A DNA stretch of 64,000 nucleotides. Source: Candidatus Krumholzibacteriota bacterium (GTDB taxonomy: Bacteria > Krumholzibacteriota > Krumholzibacteriia > LZORAL124-64-63). The position numbers and the translations under genes were made by a program. The stretch lies in contig JAJRWA010000048.1 in NCBI GenBank assembly GCA_024277025.1, forward strand, positions 29,653 to 93,652, in the 5' to 3' direction. The notes beneath the pieces are model-generated. The model searched no databases and was not told the origin of the DNA. It saw only the letters and a list, made by a program, of their open reading frames with translations. Positions 28,501 through 35,367 of this stretch are shown piece after piece; position 1 is the first letter of the stretch, and the number at the start of each line of letters is the position of its first letter.

Positions 28501-31389
28501 GCGCAGGCTGTCGCTGCCGGCGTGCTGCACCGCGAGCTTGATGGACGGCAGATGGGGCAGGTGTCCGTGCGGCGGCCAGAGGATGCGCTCACCGGCGCTG
28601 GCGCTGGCCAGCCAGGCCTCGTCATAGCTCGGCATCGTGGCCGCGGGCTGGACGGTGCCACCGGCATCCGGCCAGGCTTCGCCCGGCCGGAAACCCGTGA
28701 CCGGCCGCCGGGCCTGCTCGTGATCGTGCAACGCCTGGTCCGGCAGCCGGTGCACCACTTTCCGGGTCCACACCTGCAGGGTCACCCGCCGGTTGGCGGC
28801 CCGCCCCGCTGCGGTGCGGTTGTCGGCCACCGGTTCCCTGGCGCCCAGGCCGTACATGGCCAGCTGGGCCTCACTCAGGTGCAGCTGCCGGGAAATGTAG
28901 TTGCCGACCGCCTCGGCCCGGGCCAGCGAAAGAGCGTGGTTGTCCGTGTACACCGGATGGGCGCCGGGCCGGATGCGCTGGCTGTCCGTGTGCCCGATGA
29001 CCTTGACCGCCGTGATCTCCAGGTTCGCCAGACCGGCCAGCAGGGTGTCGATCTCCGCCAGATCCGCCGGTCCCAGCTCGGCACTCAAGCTGGCAAAGCG
29101 CGGCCGCAGGACCATTTCCGGCTGTTCCTGGCGCAATACCTCGGGCACCAGATTGATCGCGGTGCGCACGACTGCGGACCGCAGGTTGCGCTCGGTCGGG
29201 GTGTCGCACACCAGCAGGGTCTTTACCGCCAGGTCAGCGCGGTGCAGCGGTGGGACGACCGTGGCGCCATATTCGATCGTGAGAGCCTGATCGGCCGGCA
29301 AGTCACCCAGCCGGTAGACCAGGGTGCCGTCGCCGACCACCGGGTCCGGCACCGGCTGGCCGCCCAGACGCGAAGAACCGGGCGTGTAGGCAATCCCCGC
29401 GGGCAGGACCACCGTCAGGCGCAGGTTGCGCAGGGGCACCAGATCCGCGTCGATCCGGACCTGGCCCGTGACCGTCGCACCTTGCAGGGCGGTGTCCACG
29501 GCCAGCCCGAGCGTGCCGGCCACCGGCGGCACCCGCTGCAGCCGGAAATCACTGCGCCAGACCGTGCCGCCCTGCAGGTCGACCAGATGGGACCAAGGGT
29601 GGGCGCTGTACAGCGTGTCACCGCTGCAGTCGCCCGGCACGTAGTCGGGCGGCAGGCTTTCGCGGTCCAGTTGCACGACGTGGGCGCCGGGCGCGACGCC
29701 CGCGATATGGTAGCGCCCCTGGGCGTCCGTCACGGCGAAGGCGCCGCTCTCGAGATAAATGCGCACGCCGGCGATGCCGGTGCCCGAATCGGCTTCACAA
29801 TCGAAGCCCAGGACCCGACCGAGCAGGGTGTTGCTTGCGCCGAACAGATCGCGCCGCACGTTGACCAGCGCGCTGGCCTCGTTGGAGGTGACGGCGGCCC
29901 AGCGGGCGGTCGCCCGGTTGACCGCGTCGCCGGCCGGCGCGCCCGGCACCACGGCCGCCACGTAGCGAAAGGTCACGGTCGCGCCCGCGGCCAGCTCGGC
30001 GTGGGCGAAGGTGAGGGTGCGGCCATCGGGCGTGATGACGGGATCGCCCACCGGTTGGCTGTCCAGCAGCGTCGAACCGGCTTCGTAGCGAAAGCCGAGC
30101 GGCAGCTTGTCGGTCACCGTCAGGTTCGACGCGTCGTTGTCGGTCGTGTTCTGGACGCGGATTTCGTAGGCGAGAAAGTCGCCGATGGCCACACTGGCCC
30201 GCCCGGCCGTCTTGGTCACGAAGAGGTCGGTGTCGACCCGGTCGACCGGCAGGTCCAGCAGGAGCGGCTGGTCCGGCATGGCGAACGGTTCACCGCGGGA
30301 GCCGGGTGTCAGCAAAGCGTAGGGGCCGCCGGCGACCGACTGCAGCTGCGCGTCGGTCAGGCGCGACGGCGCGCGGTAGCCCGGCGGCACGTCCAGCTCA
30401 AGCCGGTACTGGCCCGCCTGTACGTGCGGGAAACGGAAACCGCCGGGGCCAAATTCATAGATTTGGCCGCCCGTGTCGCTGACCGGCCGGCCGGTCGTGA
30501 CCGTCGCCGGAAAGGCGGCGCTGCCGTCGACACCCAGCACGACGGCCGGCAGCCCGGTGCTGTTGTCGATGAGGCGAACCGTGACACCGTCGAGGGCCTC
30601 GCCGGTGCGGGAATCGAATACGCGGCCCACCGGATCGAAACGAGCGGTGGCCTGGGACTGGTCGGCCGGATCCCGGACGTCGGCGTAGACCAGACTGACA
30701 GTCTGGTCCTGGCCCACGCTCAGGCTGCCGTCCTTGGCCTGGGCCACAGCGCCGGTGGTCTGAATGAAGCCGAGAAATTCACCGGTGTCCGGCCCGGTCT
30801 CGTACAACCTGAGCAATTCACGATCGCCCAGGCTGTCGTTGCGAATGGTTAACAGGATCGTGTCCCGGCTCACGGCATCCCGGTTCTGATCCGCATCGAC
30901 CAGGTGCAGAAAAACGGGATCGCCCTGGGCGAAGAGGGTGGTCGAAACCAGCGGGACCGGCTGCGAGATATTGATCGGCGCCCCGCCGACGGGGACTGGC
31001 CCGGGCAGGGTCCGGAAAGGACCGCCGGCCTCGCCGCTGACGCTGTATTCGGTGCTGACCACGGGTACGGCGAGGGCTGTCCGCAGGCCGGGCTCGTAAC
31101 GCATGAAACCCGCTTCGCTGCCGGAACGCGCCGGCACGACGACCAGATTGACGGCATTGCTCAACCGGTTGAGCCCGCTGCGCGAGCCGGCACCGTAGGT
31201 GGCGCTGGCGATGTTCGTGATGATCGTGCCCGGCGGCTGCTGGGCGCTGGCCGGCGTGGGAGTGCCGGAGTGGAAAAAGATCAGCGGCACCGCAACCAGG
31301 AAACACCGCCGCCACACATGCGGAATCACGGCTCTGAAAAGAGCCGCGATTCCGCAGGAGGCAGTGCGTTTGGTGCCGTTGCGCAACAT
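25549..31389 (-). CDS. giant (1946 aa) outer-membrane-associated protein: DUF11 and carboxypeptidase-regulatory-like domains, internal OmpA-like peptidoglycan-binding domain, probable C-terminal beta-barrel
   Basis: The N-terminus GTIITNIASATYGAG resembles the small DUF11 paralogs. CarbopepD_reg-like folds at about aa 255-335 and 525-575 (GVRIYLESGAFAVTDAQGRYHIAGVAPG). DUF11 at about aa 390-500 (LAYEIRVQNTTDNDASNLTVTDKLPLGFRY). OmpA C-like domain at about aa 760-875, roughly nt 28764-29109 (VIGHTDSQ...NHALSLARAEAV...NRRVTLQV). A roughly 1050-aa C-terminal region of alternating amphipathic strands ends ...PYLRFRVRL. The antisense 1508-aa ORF has low complexity and was rejected. Confidence 0.6.
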   Translation of the reverse strand: MLRNGTKRTASCGIAALFRAVIPHVWRRCFLVAVPLIFFHSGTPTPASAQQPPGTIITNIASATYGAGSRSGLNRLSNAVNLVVVPARSGSEAGFMRYEPGLRTALAVPVVSTEYSVSGEAGGPFRTLPGPVPVGGAPINISQPVPLVSTTLFAQGDPVFLHLVDADQNRDAVSRDTILLTIRNDSLGDRELLRLYETGPDTGEFLGFIQTTGAVAQAKDGSLSVGQDQTVSLVYADVRDPADQSQATARFDPVGRVFDSRTGEALDGVTVRLIDNSTGLPAVVLGVDGSAAFPATVTTGRPVSDTGGQIYEFGPGGFRFPHVQAGQYRLELDVPPGYRAPSRLTDAQLQSVAGGPYALLTPGSRGEPFAMPDQPLLLDLPVDRVDTDLFVTKTAGRASVAIGDFLAYEIRVQNTTDNDASNLTVTDKLPLGFRYEAGSTLLDSQPVGDPVITPDGRTLTFAHAELAAGATVTFRYVAAVVPGAPAGDAVNRATARWAAVTSNEASALVNVRRDLFGASNTLLGRVLGFDCEADSGTGIAGVRIYLESGAFAVTDAQGRYHIAGVAPGAHVVQLDRESLPPDYVPGDCSGDTLYSAHPWSHLVDLQGGTVWRSDFRLQRVPPVAGTLGLAVDTALQGATVTGQVRIDADLVPLRNLRLTVVLPAGIAYTPGSSRLGGQPVPDPVVGDGTLVYRLGDLPADQALTIEYGATVVPPLHRADLAVKTLLVCDTPTERNLRSAVVRTAINLVPEVLRQEQPEMVLRPRFASLSAELGPADLAEIDTLLAGLANLEITAVKVIGHTDSQRIRPGAHPVYTDNHALSLARAEAVGNYISRQLHLSEAQLAMYGLGAREPVADNRTAAGRAANRRVTLQVWTRKVVHRLPDQALHDHEQARRPVTGFRPGEAWPDAGGTVQPAATMPSYDEAWLASASAGERILWPPHGHLPHLPSIKLAVQHAGSDSLRLFLNGKAAGRLNFAGRIVGPDGRIAVSTWTGLDLTDGDNLLAVDIVDTRGRLVRHLERRIHYSGPPVFVQLVPERSRLVADGKTKPVIAVRLTDSMGYPARREVVGKFTVAPPHEAWREKGQAQRETITELQEKIPTYTIGPDGVALLTLAPTTSSGEAVLNLGLLDHEEELRAWLQPAARDWILAGVVSGTVGYNTVSGNLEQLAAADRNEDFYADGRLAFFAKGRLKGKWLLTLAYDSTDPERRPVPGLFGVVDPDAYYTVYGDAVVQKHDAPTSDHLYIRLERAQFYALYGDFNSGLTVTELGRYNRALTGLRSSRRGAQLGFDVFASENRQNFRRDEIRGDGTSGLYRLTAGRLIPQSEKIILQVRDRYRSEIIISERHLTRSVDYTLDDLDGTLFFKEPIPSQDENFNPIWIIAEYETETASSAEVTVGGRGSWRPGAGPVEVGVTGIREGTQGGQADVLAGVDTRWDLTQSLRLKAEYAGSDIRGTGRRDAWFGELSQRAGPLIGRLYYRDQQAGFGLGHQNASESGARKYGADARWQPHEAWRLDATVFAQRDLVSTAERQFGEMKVNHNSRVFTAGLGLRAANDEQSDGTLQQARQLTADASVKVLEGRGRIRLGREQAIAGQDDIADFPTRTTAALEYEVVRNQKLFLAQELVDGGGPATHRTRLGVESVPWHGARLVSSAERRSRESDRRVFANLGLKQSLRLNDHWYLDGGLDHGRSSGAPSDSTVAAPTIDSDFTAGTFGFTYRGGLWLVDQRLEYRTSTESEKWGLSGGVHVEPGTQTGLLASLRLVRTDYRLAGHHYLSDVSVGLSWRPDDNPWTILHRLSWRAEDQTGDLTALSSWRVVNNLNLLRMFGERDQLSTLIGVRYGRDTIAGRRYESTTDQLGLEWRHFLGSHWDIGARAAGRHAWRTGIVDYSAGLSGGYKLLEDIWLSLGYNFTGYRDRDFSAVDYTAQGPYLRFRVRLNQETTHEMLR

Positions 31390-31397
31390 GTCCGGGG

Positions 31398-32456
31398 CTA
31401 CTGGATGATCACCTGGAATGTGCTCAGGGCAGCGCCTGCGGCGGCAATGCTCGGAAACAGGACCCGCATGTGGGTGACCGTCGGGTCGGTGCCGTCACCG
31501 CTGTCGACCGGCGTGTAGGCCCAGGTCGTTCCGCCGTCGTTGCTGTATTCCAGCGTGCCGGCCGGGGCCACCGAGTGGCTGCCGACGACGAAGCTGGTGT
31601 TGGCCGGCACCGGGTCGACGACCACGATATTGTCGGCGCTCGAGCCGCCGTTGTTGGTCAGATTGACCGTGTAGTTGACGTTGGCGCCGGGGATGTTCTT
31701 GGGCCGGGTCACGCCGTTGATCGGGTCGCTCATGACCGCGTGGGTCTTGACGACCTGCAGGTCGGCCGAGGCCACCTCGTAGGTCGAACGGCTGCTGTGG
31801 GCGCCGTCGTTGGCACCGTCGGCGCTGCCGGCGGCGTCGGCGAACACGATCTGGACCACCGACGGATCGTCGGCGCTGGCCGCGTCGTCCGCGGCGATGA
31901 CCGCGCCCTGGGCGGCGGGGGCGCCGCCATTGCTGGTGCGGGCCAGCAGGTCGTAGTTGGCCAGTTCGGCGTTGGCCGCGGTCAGGGGAATATCACTGAC
32001 GATGAACACGTTCTGCGTGGCGTCAATGGCCAGCTCGTCGATGAACGTCGCGTTGTCGGTGGCCGGCTCGTAGATGCCGTTGCCGTTGACGTCGACGAAG
32101 ACGTTCACGTTGGTCGCGTCGAAGTCGTCCCCGGCATCGGCCACGGCGGTCAGGGCGTAGTCCTGGACCGTGTTGCCGCTGTTGGTGACGGCATAGCTCA
32201 GCACGCGGGCGAGCATGCCGGGCACGACCACGATGTTGGCGGCGTCCAGGGTGGCGACCGAGACATCAACGCGGTTGTCGACCAGAAAGGTCGCCACGTT
32301 GCTGTTGATCGTGGCCTGGGGCAGTCCGCCGACCTGATAGTCGACCGTGGCGCTGTTGTTGACCGTGGTGCCCGAGGGCGTGCCGCCGGCCAGGGCGCTG
32401 CCGGCCAGGGCCAGCAGAAGTACGGCCGCAGCCAGAGTAGTGATCCTTCGTTTCAT
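31398..32456 (-). CDS. secreted DUF11 (conserved repeat domain)-family protein, paralog A
   Basis: Signal peptide MKRRITTLAAAVLLLALAGSALA. N-terminal motif GTPSGTTVNNSATVDY. A Ca-binding-like stretch DxNGNGIYEP. DUF11 repeat NYTVNLTNNGGSSADNIVVVDPVPANTSFVVGS. C-terminal TVTHMRVLF...FQVIIQ. Confidence 0.55.
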   Translation of the reverse strand: MKRRITTLAAAVLLLALAGSALAGGTPSGTTVNNSATVDYQVGGLPQATINSNVATFLVDNRVDVSVATLDAANIVVVPGMLARVLSYAVTNSGNTVQDYALTAVADAGDDFDATNVNVFVDVNGNGIYEPATDNATFIDELAIDATQNVFIVSDIPLTAANAELANYDLLARTSNGGAPAAQGAVIAADDAASADDPSVVQIVFADAAGSADGANDGAHSSRSTYEVASADLQVVKTHAVMSDPINGVTRPKNIPGANVNYTVNLTNNGGSSADNIVVVDPVPANTSFVVGSHSVAPAGTLEYSNDGGTTWAYTPVDSGDGTDPTVTHMRVLFPSIAAAGAALSTFQVIIQ

Positions 32457-32480
32457 CTGTTCTACCTCCTGTGGAAGTTG

Positions 32481-32969
32481 CTAGAGCAACCGGGTGGTGT
32501 AGCTCACCTGACCGGTTTCGCCCGGCGCCAGTGATCTGTGGAATTGCCAACGGATATGGGTGCAGTCCTGGGGCAGGGCCCGACGCGACTGACCTGCACT
32601 GTCAGTCACCGTCAGGTCGGACAACGGGCCGAACACATGGCCGCCGTCCACCGAGTAGAGGGTTTCCAGCCCGGCCGGATTGGCGGCCGCGCGACGGAAT
32701 TCCATGTGCTCGGGAATCGGATTCGTGATGAAAATATCGTCGGCCGGCTCGCTGCCCTGGTTGTCGTAGACGAGGGTGTAGATGACCTCGTCACCGGGCA
32801 CGACCGTTTCGGCCGGCACCCGCTGCACGGACCGCGTGCCGTCCGGTTGTTCCTGGACGACTTCGACCTCGGCCAGCGCGCGCAGAGCCACGCCGGCCAC
32901 GGCCGTTTGGGCCGCCGCCAGCGAAACGCCGAGCAGACTGATGAAAATCAGCGTCCGGCGCAGGTTCAT
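32481..32969 (-). CDS. small secreted DUF11-like protein, paralog B
   Basis: The ORF (TTG-initiated to 33008 in the track) was trimmed to ATG 32969, MNLRRTLIFISLLGVSLAAAQTA. DUF11-like VPGDEVIYTLVYDNQGSEPADDIFITNPIPEHMEF. C-terminal CTHIRWQF...VSYTTRLL. Confidence 0.45.
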   Translation of the reverse strand: MNLRRTLIFISLLGVSLAAAQTAVAGVALRALAEVEVVQEQPDGTRSVQRVPAETVVPGDEVIYTLVYDNQGSEPADDIFITNPIPEHMEFRRAAANPAGLETLYSVDGGHVFGPLSDLTVTDSAGQSRRALPQDCTHIRWQFHRSLAPGETGQVSYTTRLL

Positions 32970-33000
32970 AGGGATAGTTGTCACTTGCTTACCTCCTGGG

Positions 33001-33996
33001 TTATTCAAGGGTCACCTGGAAAGAGATCCGTTGTGTCGGCGTGTCGGCTGTCATGTCTCCGAGGGCAATGGTGACCGCGCCCTCCAATTGGTCGGCCACG
33101 TCGCCGGCATCGCTGTCGGCGGCGTCGCTCAGGGGAGTGTCGTTGAGCAGAAGCGTGCCCGGGCGATAGACCGTGCCCGGGGGAATGGGGTCGGTCACGC
33201 GCACGTCGTGGGCGATGCCGCTGCCGCTGACCGTGACGGTGATCGTGTAGGTGATGAGGCCGGTCTCGTCGACCTCGTTGCCGGGCAGGGTGCGGCCCGC
33301 GGTGTCGGTCACCACGGCGGTCTTGAAGAGGTTGACCTGGACTGCGGCCACTTCCAGGGTGCCGACGGCGTCGGCGAACCCGCCGGCCAGCCCGATGATC
33401 GCGTCGGTGCCACCGTCGCCCTGGCCGTAGACCACGGTGCCCGGCACGCCGTAGCCCTCCGCGGAACCGACGGCCAGTTTCAGGTCGCCGCGATCGCCGG
33501 TGGCCAGAGCCGGCGGCACGATGCCCACCAGGAAGACCGTCAGCGGCTGGTCCGCGGCCAGTTCGGGATCGTTCACACCCTCGATGTAGATTTCATCCTG
33601 CAGGGGGTCGTAGTAGCCGTTGCCGTTGGTGTCCAGATGGATCGCGGGGTTCAGCGGGTCGAAGTCGTCGCCGGCCAGGGCGTTGATGGCCGTCAGCAGA
33701 AACGTCTCCTGGCCATTGCCCGTGTTCTGCAGGCGAAAGGTCAGCGCCGCGCCGGTGTCGCCAGCGTACACCGGCACGGCGGCCGCATCCTGCCAGGCCA
33801 GCGTGAAGTCCAGGACTTCATTGACCGGCAGGGAGAGCAAGTTGCTCGCCGTGGTCATATTCTGGCCGGCCTGCGTGTACGAGACCATCGCCTGGCTTTG
33901 GATCAGCGTACCGGCGGGCGTGCCGACTGCTGCAGCCAGGGATGTTTGCAGGCACGCCATGAGGGTCAAGGCCAACAGCCTTGCCGGGCGTCTCAT
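33001..33996 (-). CDS. secreted DUF11-family protein, paralog C
   Basis: Signal peptide MRRPARLLALTLMACLQTSLAAAVG. N-terminal GTPAGTLIQSQAMVSY, DDFDPLNPAIHLDTNGNGYYDP, and DUF11 repeat GLITYTITVTVSGSGIAHDVRVTDPIPPGTVYRPG. Clearly paralogous to 31398..32456. Ends ISFQVTLE. Confidence 0.55.
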   Translation of the reverse strand: MRRPARLLALTLMACLQTSLAAAVGTPAGTLIQSQAMVSYTQAGQNMTTASNLLSLPVNEVLDFTLAWQDAAAVPVYAGDTGAALTFRLQNTGNGQETFLLTAINALAGDDFDPLNPAIHLDTNGNGYYDPLQDEIYIEGVNDPELAADQPLTVFLVGIVPPALATGDRGDLKLAVGSAEGYGVPGTVVYGQGDGGTDAIIGLAGGFADAVGTLEVAAVQVNLFKTAVVTDTAGRTLPGNEVDETGLITYTITVTVSGSGIAHDVRVTDPIPPGTVYRPGTLLLNDTPLSDAADSDAGDVADQLEGAVTIALGDMTADTPTQRISFQVTLE

Positions 33997-34370
33997 GCGC
34001 GATCACTTCCCCCTCCGGACCGGGCCCCTGGGGGGCCGTCCGGATATTATCGAATCATGCCAACGGACGCCGTGGGCGACACGGCATCTGTGGGGGGCAT
34101 CGGAAGCGGGGCCTGCGGGATTGAGTTTATTTCCGGCTAATGAAGGCTGTAGCGGCGGTAATGGGCGATTGGGGGCGATCGGGGCTTATTGGGTGTGATT
34201 GTGCTTCAATGGGGAGCAGCCCGCCTTCGGATCCGTCGGCTCTGCGGGGGCTGGCGCGCAGGGCATCCGGCAATTGTTCCCAGACCGGCGGTTGATCATG
34301 TATCATGAGGCGGCAGGAGATCTTCTCTTTCAACCCTCGAACCGGCCACAACCAGAACAGCGAGGATCAC

Positions 34371-34859
34371 GTGCCATTCAATCATTTTGACCGGGAGGGC
34401 CACGCCCACATGGTCGATGTCTCGGGCAAGGAGACAACCCTGCGCGAAGCCGTCGTCGAGGCCCGGGTCACCGTGGGGCCAAAGTTGCTGCAGCGCATTC
34501 TGGACCGTGGCCTGACCAAGGGTGACGTGCTCGGCGTGGCGCGCCTGGCCGGGATCGCCGCCACCAAGAAGACCCCCGACCTGATTCCCCTGGCCCACCC
34601 GCTGGCTGTGCACCACGCGGCGATCGCGTTCGAGCCCGACCCGGCAGCCGGTGTGCTGAAGATCCGCTGCACGGTCCGGGCCGAGGAAAAAACCGGGGTC
34701 GAGATGGAAGCGATGACCGGCGCCACGGTGGCCGGCCTGACCGTCTACGACATGTGCAAGGGCGAGCGGCGGGATATCGAGCTGGGGCCGGTGCGCCTGC
34801 TGCGCAAATCCGGTGGCCGCAGCGGACTCTACCAATACGATGGCGACGGGGAGGGTTGA
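34371..34859 (+). CDS. moaC: cyclic pyranopterin monophosphate synthase MoaC
   Basis: GHAHMVDVSGKETTLREAVVEA...GDVLGVARLAGIAATKKTPDLIPLAHP...KTGVEMEAMTGATVAGLTVYDMCK aligns by eye with E. coli MoaC. The start was set at the GTG at 34371 (GAGGA upstream); the maximal ORF begins at ATG 34305. Confidence 0.8.
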   Translation: MPFNHFDREGHAHMVDVSGKETTLREAVVEARVTVGPKLLQRILDRGLTKGDVLGVARLAGIAATKKTPDLIPLAHPLAVHHAAIAFEPDPAAGVLKIRCTVRAEEKTGVEMEAMTGATVAGLTVYDMCKGERRDIELGPVRLLRKSGGRSGLYQYDGDGEG

Positions 34860-35367
34860 TTTGGCCGGCGCACTGAACCTGAAGACCGGAGTCCTGGTCC
34901 TGAGTGACAAGGGTTCCCGCGGCGAGCGCGAGGACGCCAGTGGCCCGGCCCTGCTGGACTTCCTGGCCGACCAGGGGGTGCCGGACGCCGAACTGGTCAT
35001 CCTGCCGGATGAGCGCCCGCTTATCGCCGAGTCCCTGGCGCGGTGGGCGGACCAGGAGGGTTTCGACCTGATCCTCACCTGCGGCGGCACCGGGGTTTCG
35101 CCCCGGGATGTCACCCCGGAAGCGACGCGCGACGTCATCACCACCGAGCTGCCGGGCTTCGGCGAACAGATGCGGGCGGTCAGCCTCACCAAGTCGCCCC
35201 ACGCCATCATCAGCCGGGCGACCGCCGGCATTCGCCGGCACACCCTGATCATCAACCTGCCGGGCAGTCCCCGGGCCGCGGTCGAAAATCTGGCCGCGGT
35301 CTGGCCGGCGGTGCCGCATGCGATAGCCAAGTTGCAGGGGGACGACGCGGACTGCGCCCAGGGTTAG
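34840..35367 (+). CDS. moaB: molybdopterin adenylyltransferase-like MoaB/MogA family protein
   Basis: LTCGGTGVSPRDVTPEA and GVLVLSDKGSRGEREDASG are typical of MogA/MoaB. The ATG at 34840 overlaps the moaC 3' end by 20 nt; alternative starts are GTG 34813 and TTG 34861. Confidence 0.75.
   Translation: MATGRVDLAGALNLKTGVLVLSDKGSRGEREDASGPALLDFLADQGVPDAELVILPDERPLIAESLARWADQEGFDLILTCGGTGVSPRDVTPEATRDVITTELPGFGEQMRAVSLTKSPHAIISRATAGIRRHTLIINLPGSPRAAVENLAAVWPAVPHAIAKLQGDDADCAQG

Noticed and set aside
26326-30852. 1508-aa plus-strand ORF antisense to the giant gene
   Set aside because: Its translation is low-complexity (R/G/A/Q/V-rich, typical of an antisense frame in high-GC DNA) with no domain-like motifs. 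The minus strand carries clear OmpA, DUF11 and Cpd-reg signatures.
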